The notes under the pieces: model-generated
Seen by the model: the letters and a program-made list of their open reading frames with translations, nothing else
Told to the model about the DNA's origin: nothing
Databases searched by the model: none
Program-made: the position numbers and the translations under genes
Shown: positions 16,917-23,688 of the stretch, piece after piece
Layout of the letters: each line of letters opens with the position of its first letter
How positions within the stretch are numbered: position 1 is the first letter of the stretch
Source of the DNA: Sinorhizobium meliloti
GTDB taxonomy: Bacteria > Pseudomonadota > Alphaproteobacteria > Rhizobiales > Rhizobiaceae
Length of the DNA stretch: 32,000 bases
Direction: 5' to 3'
Assembly (NCBI RefSeq): GCF_017876815.1
Contig: NZ_JAGIOS010000001.1
Span: 1,230,001 to 1,262,000 of the forward strand

Positions 16917-16976
16917 GGAGCGCGCCGCCCGTTTCGGATCGCGCGCTCCGGCTGCTTCTGAAACTGTCCGGAGCGC
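16917..16976 (+). other. GC-rich alternative hairpins downstream of the permease gene (possible terminator/antiterminator or REP-like element)
   Basis: GGAGCGCGC (16917-16925) pairs with GCGCGCTCC (16941-16949). The overlapping GCGCTCCGG (16943-16951) pairs with CCGGAGCGC (16968-16976). The two 9-bp stems are mutually exclusive. Neither is followed by a clear U-tract. Confidence 0.4.
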
Positions 16977-17015
16977 TTCCCGCGCAGAAGCCGCCGACCA
17001 AGCCAGGGCGATCGT

Positions 17016-17759
17016 ATGATCACCACAATTGCCTTCTCTGCCTTCGCAATAGCTTCCGGCATATGGATGAGCGTTCGCGCGGTCCGCGACCGCCGGGCCG
17101 CCATCGCCGAGCGCCGCGGCCTTCTGGACGACGCGGCGCGGCACTTTCCCGGCGCCCGCATAACTCACGGCGCAGATCATTTTCCGATCCTCGCCGGCAG
17201 GCTGGACGACGGGCGGCAGGTAAGGGTCGAACTCGTCCCCGACACGCTGGTCTGCCGCCGATTGCCGCAACTGTGGCTGAAGCTCACTTTGCTTGAAACG
17301 AGCCCCTGTGCCAGGCTCAAGATCGGTGCGCTGGCGCGGCCGACCGGCGCCGAATTCTACTCGCTGGTGCACGAGATGCCGCATCTGTTGATCCCGCCGC
17401 CCAGCGGGGCCGCCCTCCTGATGCGCGGCGACGGCAACGCATCGCGCCGGCAGGTCGAACGCGCCGCGGCCATGTTCGCCAAGCTGTTTGCCGATCCCAC
17501 GCTCAAGGAGGCCGCGATCACTCCACGCGGCGTGCGGCTGGTCCGCCAGGCGGCGCAGGGGCAACGCGGCGCCCATCTGCTGTTGCGGCAGGCGCACTTT
17601 TCAATCACGGCCATTGCGCCCGAGGTGATACGCCGGACGATCGCCGAAGCAGAGGCCCTGAGCGGATGGCTGGCGGACGATGAGCCCGCTTATTCGCTGC
17701 CGCCGTCGGCGGGGGCATTTCCAGAAGTATTCAGCGGTTTTCGGACCGGGAGTGCGTAG
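17016..17759 (+). CDS. Hypothetical protein (247 aa) with an N-terminal TM anchor
   Basis: The third codon position is GC-rich across the whole frame, whereas the competing antisense ORF 16719..17597 is Arg/Ala-rich junk. N-terminal helix ITTIAFSAFAIASGIWMSV. No family recognised by eye. Confidence 0.65.
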   Translation: MITTIAFSAFAIASGIWMSVRAVRDRRAAIAERRGLLDDAARHFPGARITHGADHFPILAGRLDDGRQVRVELVPDTLVCRRLPQLWLKLTLLETSPCARLKIGALARPTGAEFYSLVHEMPHLLIPPPSGAALLMRGDGNASRRQVERAAAMFAKLFADPTLKEAAITPRGVRLVRQAAQGQRGAHLLLRQAHFSITAIAPEVIRRTIAEAEALSGWLADDEPAYSLPPSAGAFPEVFSGFRTGSA

Positions 17760-17783
17760 TTTCGAATTGCTGAGGAGGTCGCC

Positions 17784-18047
17784 GTGGCCAAGCCGATCAA
17801 TCCCTATCTGGTGCTGATGCTGGCTGCGGTGTTGCCTGGGGCCGGCCATGTCGCCTTGCGCGACGCGGCTCGGGGCTTGGCCTTTGCCTTTTTCGTCGTA
17901 TTCTTTTCGGTGATCACCTACATGACGGCGCCACCGGACCGTTCCTTCATCGGACGGCATGCGGGCGGCATTTTCGTCTGGGCCCTGTCGATCCCCGACG
18001 CCTACCGCCGTGCGCGCATCCGTACGGTCATGGCCCGGAAGAGCTGA
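17784..18047 (+). CDS. Small membrane protein (87 aa, two or three predicted TM helices), function unknown
   Basis: GTG start 5 nt after GAGGAGG. Hydrophobic segments YLVLMLAAVLPGAGHVAL, LAFAFFVVFFSVITYM and GGIFVWALSI. The N-terminal LPGxGH-type motif is common in small uncharacterised membrane proteins. Confidence 0.65.
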   Translation: MAKPINPYLVLMLAAVLPGAGHVALRDAARGLAFAFFVVFFSVITYMTAPPDRSFIGRHAGGIFVWALSIPDAYRRARIRTVMARKS

Positions 18048-18092
18048 AGGGACGTTAAGTTCCTCACGTGCCGCTCACGCCGCGATCGACGT

Positions 18093-18120
18093 CAAAAATC
18101 CCCGTGCCGAGGCACGGGGA
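18093..18120 (-). terminator. Rho-independent terminator of the glxA-mgsABC-gmaS unit
   Basis: Stem CCCCGTGC (18100-18107) / GCACGGGG (18112-18119) with loop CGAG. On the minus strand it is followed by ATTTTTGA. It lies 31 nt after the gmaS stop. Confidence 0.8.
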
Positions 18121-18150
18121 TGGCCGCAAGGCTCCTGTGGAGATTCTAGT

Positions 18151-19458
18151 CTACACGTCGAGCGTGGTTTGGTGTTCCCATTCGGTGAATTGCGAACAAT
18201 AGGTGTTCCACTCGCCTTGCTTGAGTTTCAGATAGGCCGCGGAGAACTCTCGTCCCAAGGCCTCCTGCAACTCCTCGTCCCGATTGTATTCCCGCAATGC
18301 GTCGAGCAGGTTCAGCGGAAGCTTCGGTGCATCGGTTACCTTGTGGCCGTCCTTGTACATGTCGATGTCGTAGTGACGGCCGGGATCGGCTTTGGAGCGA
18401 ACGCCCGAAAGGCCGGCCGCAATGATGATCGCCTGCAGGAGATAGGGATTGACGGCGCCGTCCGGCAGGCGCAGCTCGAAACGGCCGGGGCCGGGAACGC
18501 GCACCATGTGGGTGCGGTTGTTGCCGGTCCAGGTCACCGAATTCGGCGCCCAGGTCGCGCCGGAGATCGTGCGCGGCGCGTTGATGCGCTTGTAGGAGTT
18601 GACCGTCGGATTGGTGACCGCGGCGAGCGCGCTTGCATGTTTCATGATGCCGCCCAGGAAGTGGCGTCCCTCGGCTGAAAGGCCGAACTCCGCCTTGTTG
18701 TCGGCAAAGGCATTCACCTCGCCTGCCAGATCCCAGACCGAAATGTGGCAATGGCAACCGTTGCCCGTCAGACCCTTGAACGGCTTCGGCATGAAGGTCG
18801 CGCGCAGCCCGTGCTTCTCGGCGATCGACTTCACCATGAACTTGAAGAAGGAGTGCTTGTCGGCGGTCCGGAGCGCGTCGTCATACTCCCAGTTCATCTC
18901 GAACTGGCCGTTCGCATCCTCATGGTCGTTCTGGTAGGGCTTCCATCCGAGTTCGAGCATGTAGTCGCAGATCTCGGCGATCACGTCGTAGCGGCGCATG
19001 ATCGCCTGCTGGTCATAGCAAGGCTTTTCCGCCGTATCGAACGTGTCGGAAATCTTCGATCCATCCGGCGAGATCAGAAAGAACTCCGGTTCGACGCCGG
19101 TCTTGACGCGAAGCCCTTCCTGGGCCGCCTCGGCGACGAGCTTCTTCAGCACCACGCGCGGTGCCTGTTCCACGGGCGCGTCGTCCATGATGCAGTCTGC
19201 CGCCACCCAGGCGACGTCCTTCTTCCAGGGGAGCTGGATGACCGCGGACGCATCCGGGAGAGCGAAGAGATCGGGATGCGCAGGCGTGAGATCGAACCAG
19301 GTGGCAAAACCTGCGAAGCCTGCGCCGCCCTTCTGCATGTCGGCGATCGCTTCCGCGGGAACCAGTTTGGCACGCTGCCCGCCGAAGAGATCGGTGTAGC
19401 TGATCATGAAATATTTGACGCCCTTTTCGCGGGCGAATGTGGAGAGATCCAGTGTCAC
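18151..19458 (-). CDS. gmaS: Gamma-glutamylmethylamide synthetase (type III glutamine-synthetase-like ligase)
   Basis: 435 aa from GTG 19458 (VTLDLSTFAREKGVKYFMISYTD), preceded by AAGGGGAA. Glutamine-synthetase catalytic domain (EPEFFL, NGCHCHISVW, NSYKR). Immediately downstream of mgsABC. The longer track ORF (start 19509) would have to translate through a terminator-like hairpin. Confidence 0.88.
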   Translation of the reverse strand: MTLDLSTFAREKGVKYFMISYTDLFGGQRAKLVPAEAIADMQKGGAGFAGFATWFDLTPAHPDLFALPDASAVIQLPWKKDVAWVAADCIMDDAPVEQAPRVVLKKLVAEAAQEGLRVKTGVEPEFFLISPDGSKISDTFDTAEKPCYDQQAIMRRYDVIAEICDYMLELGWKPYQNDHEDANGQFEMNWEYDDALRTADKHSFFKFMVKSIAEKHGLRATFMPKPFKGLTGNGCHCHISVWDLAGEVNAFADNKAEFGLSAEGRHFLGGIMKHASALAAVTNPTVNSYKRINAPRTISGATWAPNSVTWTGNNRTHMVRVPGPGRFELRLPDGAVNPYLLQAIIIAAGLSGVRSKADPGRHYDIDMYKDGHKVTDAPKLPLNLLDALREYNRDEELQEALGREFSAAYLKLKQGEWNTYCSQFTEWEHQTTLDV

Positions 19459-19486
19459 TTCGTTCCCCTTTTGGATTCCGACACTC

Positions 19487-19526
19487 AATTTCAAAAGAAA
19501 GGGCCGCACCCTCTCAAGTGCGGCCC
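19487..19526 (-). terminator. Terminator-like hairpin plus U-tract between mgsC and gmaS (intra-operon attenuator or processing site)
   Basis: Perfect 9-bp stem GGGCCGCAC (19501-19509) / GTGCGGCCC (19518-19526) with an 8-nt loop. On the minus strand it is followed by TTTCTTTTGAAATT. It lies 13 nt after the mgsC stop and about 30 nt before the gmaS SD. Confidence 0.6.
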
Positions 19527-19539
19527 GTCATCCTTTCAT

Positions 19540-20868
19540 TCAAAAGGTACCTTTGCCAGGATACCAGCTCGTTCCCGCGAGCGGCACCTGCGCCATGGCT
19601 GCGGCTTCCATCGTCAGCGCGCACAGATCCTCCGGCTCGAGATTGTGGAGGTGGTTCTTGCCGCAGGCACGGGCGATGGTCTGTGCTTCGAGCGTCATCA
19701 CCTTCAGATAGTTGGCCAGCCGCCGGCCGGCGGCGACCGGGTCGAGGCGCTTCATCAGTTCGGGGTCCTGCGTCGTGATGCCGGCGGGGTCCTTGCCCTC
19801 GTGCCAGTCGTCATAGGCGCCGGCCGTCGTGCCGAGCTTCTGGTATTCTTCTTCCCAGTGCGGGTCGTTGTCGCCGATGGCGACCAAGGCTGCGGTACCG
19901 ATGGCCACTGCGTCGGCTCCAAGCGCCAGCGCCTTGGCGACGTCCGCGCCGGAGCGGATACCACCGGACACGACGAGCTGTACCTTGCGGTGCATGCCGA
20001 GATCCTGCAGCGCCTGGACGGCTGGCCGAATGCAGGCAAGCGTCGGCATGCCGACATTCTCGATGAAGACGTCCTGCGTCGCCGCGGTCCCGCCCTGCAT
20101 GCCGTCGAGCACGACGACATCCGCACCGGCCTTGACCGCGAGCGCCGTGTCGTAATAGGGCCGCGCGCCGCCGACCTTGACGTAGATCGGCTTCTCCCAG
20201 TCGGTGATCTCGCGCAGTTCGAGGATTTTGATCTCGAGGTCGTCCGGCCCGGTCCAATCCGGATGACGGCAGGCCGAACGTTGGTCGATGCCCTTCGGCA
20301 GGTTGCGCATGTTGGCGACCCTGTCGGAGATCTTCTGGCCGAGCAGCATGCCGCCGCCACCGGGCTTGGCTCCTTGCCCGACCACCACCTCGATCGCATC
20401 CGCGCGGCGCAGATCCTTCGGATTCATGCCGTAACGCGACGGCAGGTACTGATACACGAGCGTCTGAGAATGACCGCGCTCCTCATCCGTCATACCGCCG
20501 TCGCCGGTGGTGGTCGACGTTCCCGAAGCCGTCGCACCGCGTCCGAGTGCTTCCTTGGCGGGACCGGAGAGTGCTCCGAAGCTCATGCCGGCGATGGTGA
20601 TCGGAATCTTCAGATGGATCGGCTTCTTCGCGAAGCGCGTTCCCAGAACGACGGAGGTGTCGCATTTCTCGCGGTAGCCTTCGAGCGGATAGCGCGAGAT
20701 CGATGCGCCGAGAAAGAGAAGGTCGTCGAAATGCGGGACCTTGCGCTTGGTGCCGGCGCCTCTGATATCATAAATGCCGGTCGCAGCCGCACGGCGGATT
20801 TCCGCAAGCGTATAGTCGTCGAAGGTCGCGGACTTGCGCGGCGGGGTATAGGGGTTGTGATAGCTCAT
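19540..20868 (-). CDS. mgsC: N-methylglutamate synthase subunit C (FMN-binding glutamate-synthase domain protein)
   Basis: 442 aa. GltB FMN-domain motifs VVGQGAKPGGGGML and SGGIRSGADVAKALALGADAV. Part of the three-gene split-GltS set next to gmaS. Confidence 0.88.
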   Translation of the reverse strand: MSYHNPYTPPRKSATFDDYTLAEIRRAAATGIYDIRGAGTKRKVPHFDDLLFLGASISRYPLEGYREKCDTSVVLGTRFAKKPIHLKIPITIAGMSFGALSGPAKEALGRGATASGTSTTTGDGGMTDEERGHSQTLVYQYLPSRYGMNPKDLRRADAIEVVVGQGAKPGGGGMLLGQKISDRVANMRNLPKGIDQRSACRHPDWTGPDDLEIKILELREITDWEKPIYVKVGGARPYYDTALAVKAGADVVVLDGMQGGTAATQDVFIENVGMPTLACIRPAVQALQDLGMHRKVQLVVSGGIRSGADVAKALALGADAVAIGTAALVAIGDNDPHWEEEYQKLGTTAGAYDDWHEGKDPAGITTQDPELMKRLDPVAAGRRLANYLKVMTLEAQTIARACGKNHLHNLEPEDLCALTMEAAAMAQVPLAGTSWYPGKGTF

Positions 20869-20882
20869 ACTGGTCCCTGCCT

Positions 20883-21569
20883 TTAATACGCGTCTGCGTT
20901 GTCGATGTTGAAATTGTAGAGCTTGCGTGCCGAGCCGTAGCGCTTGAACTCTTCCGGCCGGACATCCTTGACATCGGCCTTCTCCAGGAGCTCGGCCAGC
21001 TTTTGCAGGTGCTCCGGACGCATCTCCTTCTCGATGCAGTCGGCGCCGAGACTCTTGACCGTGCCGCGTACGAAGAGCTTGGCCTCGTAGAGGCTGTCAC
21101 CCAAGGCATCGCCCGCATCGCCGAGCACGACGAGGTGGCCCGACTGGCCCATGAAAGCCGACATATGGCCGATATTTCCGTGGACGACGATATCGATGCC
21201 TTTCATCGAGATGCCGCAGCGCGACGCCGCATTGCCCTTTATGACGAGCAGGCCGCCGCGCCCGGTAGCGCCCGCATACTGGCTGGCATCGCCTTCGATC
21301 ACGACTTTGCCGGACATCATGTTTTCCGCGACGCCCGGTCCTGCCGAGCCGTGAACCGTGACCGTTCCGCCATCGTTCATGCCGGCGCAATAGTAGCCGA
21401 CGGAGCCGTTCACATCGACCACGACGGGACCGTCGATCCCGACGGCGACCGCATGGCTGCCACGAGGATTGGCGACTTCGTAGGACAGATCGTTCGAGCC
21501 CTGCTGAATATTATGCAAGGACCTATTGAATTCACGCAGCGGCGTGGTGGCGAGATCAATAACAGGCAT
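20883..21569 (-). CDS. mgsB: N-methylglutamate synthase subunit B (GXGXG-motif, GltB C-terminal-domain-like protein)
   Basis: 228 aa. Repeated beta-helix GXGXG-type segments are present (VHGSAGPGVAENM, VIKGNAASRCGISM, VVHGNIGHMSAFMG, VVLGDAGDALGDSL). Confidence 0.87.
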   Translation of the reverse strand: MPVIDLATTPLREFNRSLHNIQQGSNDLSYEVANPRGSHAVAVGIDGPVVVDVNGSVGYYCAGMNDGGTVTVHGSAGPGVAENMMSGKVVIEGDASQYAGATGRGGLLVIKGNAASRCGISMKGIDIVVHGNIGHMSAFMGQSGHLVVLGDAGDALGDSLYEAKLFVRGTVKSLGADCIEKEMRPEHLQKLAELLEKADVKDVRPEEFKRYGSARKLYNFNIDNADAY

Positions 21570-21606
21570 ACTTGAAAATTCCTTGGAAAGGGGCCGAAAT
21601 CACCCG

Positions 21607-22512
21607 TCAGGCGGCCTTCTGATGATCCCAGAAGTATACGGTCGCGGGCTCCGGCTCCCAGATGCGCGCGCTCTCGATATCCGGCAGGTTGACCAGCGCC
21701 CGGTATTCGGAACCGAATGCGACATAGCGATCCGTTTCGGCCATGACCGCCGGCTTGCACGCGATCGGGTCGCGCACGACGCCGAAGCCCGACTTGGTGC
21801 CGACGACGAAGGTAAAGAAGCCGTCGAGGTCGTCGAGCGCGCCGGTCAAGGCCTGTCCGAGATCCTTGCCCTTGGCCATTTCCGCCGTCAGGTACGCGGC
21901 AGCAACCTCGGTGTCGTTCTGCGTCTCGAAGGCAATGCCTTCACGGATCAGTTCCCGGCGCAGATTGTTGTGGTTCGACAACGATCCGTTATGCACGAGG
22001 CACTGATCCGACCCGGTGGAAAACGGGTGCGCGCCAAGTGTGGTCACGGCCGATTCCGTAGCCATGCGGGTATGGCCGATGCCATGCGAACCGCCCATCG
22101 AGCGTACATCGAACCGTGCGACGACATCCTTCGGCAGGCCGACTTCCTTGTAGATCTCGACGCTGTCGCCGGCACCCATGATGCGTACATCCGGACGGAT
22201 GGCGGCGAGAACGGCACGGACATCCGCGAGCCTGGCAGCTGCGATCGCAACGACCGCATGAGTGCTCTTGACGGCAACGCGTGCCGGCACGCCTGCTTCA
22301 GCGAGGTCCCGTTCAAGGTCTGCGAAGTCGATCTCGGGCTTCGCAGACTGGATCGTCACCTTCGCCTTCCCCTCGGTAGCCGAGCCGTAAATGGCCAGCC
22401 CGGCCGAGTCCGGACCACGGTCCGTCATGGTGATCAACATGTCCGAAAGAAGCTGGCCAAGCTGCGGCTCGAGCCTGCTGTCTTTCAGAAACAAACCAAC
22501 AATGCCGCACAT
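21607..22512 (-). CDS. mgsA: N-methylglutamate synthase subunit A (class II, Ntn-type glutamine amidotransferase domain protein)
   Basis: 301 aa from ATG 22512, giving an MCGIVGLF N-terminus with the catalytic Cys at position 2. GGAGGG lies 8 nt upstream. The 20-codon extension in the track ORF is rejected. Confidence 0.87.
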   Translation of the reverse strand: MCGIVGLFLKDSRLEPQLGQLLSDMLITMTDRGPDSAGLAIYGSATEGKAKVTIQSAKPEIDFADLERDLAEAGVPARVAVKSTHAVVAIAAARLADVRAVLAAIRPDVRIMGAGDSVEIYKEVGLPKDVVARFDVRSMGGSHGIGHTRMATESAVTTLGAHPFSTGSDQCLVHNGSLSNHNNLRRELIREGIAFETQNDTEVAAAYLTAEMAKGKDLGQALTGALDDLDGFFTFVVGTKSGFGVVRDPIACKPAVMAETDRYVAFGSEYRALVNLPDIESARIWEPEPATVYFWDHQKAA

Positions 22513-22619
22513 TCGCGTAGTCCCTCCATTCGTGCATGGAACGATGCTAGCACGCAGCCGCGGGACCATCAACTGGGGAGAATATTTTTTTCTTAGTAGG
22601 CAATTTCAGATGCCTCCGC

Positions 22620-23594
22620 TCATGAGCCGCTGCGGCGGCGCAGGCTTCCCGGTGTCTGCGAAAACAGGCGTTTGAACGCATTCGAAAAATGCGCGGGGCT
22701 CGAAAAGCCGGTGGCGTAGGCGATCTCCGGGATGGAGAGCGGACTCTGCTGCAGGAGCCGGCGGGCGTGGCGGAGCCGGATCTCCCGGTAGGTGTCGAGA
22801 AAGCCGGTCCCGCGATGCTCCCGGAAAAGCCGATCGAGATGCCGCGGGCTAACCCCGGCGAGGCGCGCCATGGCGGTCCGGTCGAGCGGCCGTTCGATCG
22901 CAGTTTCCATTTTCTCGAGAACCGCGAGCAGGGCGGGATGGTTGGTACCGAACCGCTCTGCGGCCGAACCGCGCTGCGGCGCTGCCGGCTCGGCGACGGC
23001 CGCGTGCAGATACCAGTCGCTGACCCGGCGAGCGAAGTCGGTCCCCAGGCGTTCGGCGATCATCGCATGCATCATGTCGAGCGGCGCCACCCCGCCGCCA
23101 CAGGTGGCAATTCCGCCATCGAGCACGAAGCGGGCGTGTCTCGGGTTGAGATGGGGAAATGCTTCCTTCAGCGCAGGCGCGTGTTCCCAATGAATGGTGA
23201 AGTCGCGGTTGTCGAGCAGGCCCGCTGCGGCAAGCACGAAAGCCCCGCTCGATATGCCGCCGATGCGAATGCCGAGGCGCGAGAGCCGCCGGAGCGTCGT
23301 GTGGGACGCAGACGTATCCGCCCAGTCGGTTGGCTCTCCGCCCGCGCAGACGAAGACGGTATGGCAGCTCTCTCCTTCACTCTCCAGATCCGCACAGCCG
23401 ACCGACAGCCCGGAAGATGAAGCGACGGTCCCTCCTCCCGGCGCAAGCGGGACGATCTGGTAGAGCGGCCGGCCGGCAAGGAGATTGGCCGCACGCAGGG
23501 GCTCCGTCGCCGATGCGTAGCTCATCAGCGCAAAATTGCGCACCAGCAAAAAGCCGATCCTCTGTACGTTCCTGCTGTCGGAAGATGCTGCCAT
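22620..23594 (-). CDS. GlxA-family transcriptional regulator (DJ-1/PfpI-like sensor domain + AraC-type HTH; GbdR/SouR/CdhR-like architecture)
   Basis: 324 aa. The N-terminal DJ-1/PfpI-like fold reads GGISSGAFVLAAAGLLDNRDFTIHW. The C-terminal AraC HTH reads IPEIAYATGFSSPAHFSNAFKRLF. Divergent from the soxB-type gene across a 94-bp spacer. Confidence 0.88.
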   Translation of the reverse strand: MAASSDSRNVQRIGFLLVRNFALMSYASATEPLRAANLLAGRPLYQIVPLAPGGGTVASSSGLSVGCADLESEGESCHTVFVCAGGEPTDWADTSASHTTLRRLSRLGIRIGGISSGAFVLAAAGLLDNRDFTIHWEHAPALKEAFPHLNPRHARFVLDGGIATCGGGVAPLDMMHAMIAERLGTDFARRVSDWYLHAAVAEPAAPQRGSAAERFGTNHPALLAVLEKMETAIERPLDRTAMARLAGVSPRHLDRLFREHRGTGFLDTYREIRLRHARRLLQQSPLSIPEIAYATGFSSPAHFSNAFKRLFSQTPGSLRRRSGS

Positions 23595-23688
23595 GACCGA
23601 TTCCTACATCGGGAGGTCCTAAAATTGCAACTCTCCGGAGGTTTCGGATGCTAACTTGCCCCCTCGGATCACTTATGGGGCGGCATCC

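Noticed and set aside
19459-19509. N-terminal extensions of the longest ORFs: gmaS to 19509, mgsA to 22572, dmmC to 9516, purU to 13416, permease to 15339, soxB to 23656, soxD to 24764, soxA to 25198, soxG to 28019, folD to 28626, first small membrane gene to 14494, and cupin to 31927.
   Set aside because: In each case an internal start has a well-spaced SD and reproduces the canonical family N-terminus ([20 protein letters not shown] and so on). The extension is Arg-rich, overlaps the upstream gene, or runs through a hairpin.
22598-22615. Hairpin AGGCA-N8-TGCCT just after the glxA-type regulator stop, considered as its terminator.
   Set aside because: The stem is only 5 bp. The T-run lies on the wrong side for a minus-strand gene, because that strand reads an A-run after the hairpin. 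The region more likely belongs to the mgsA promoter.
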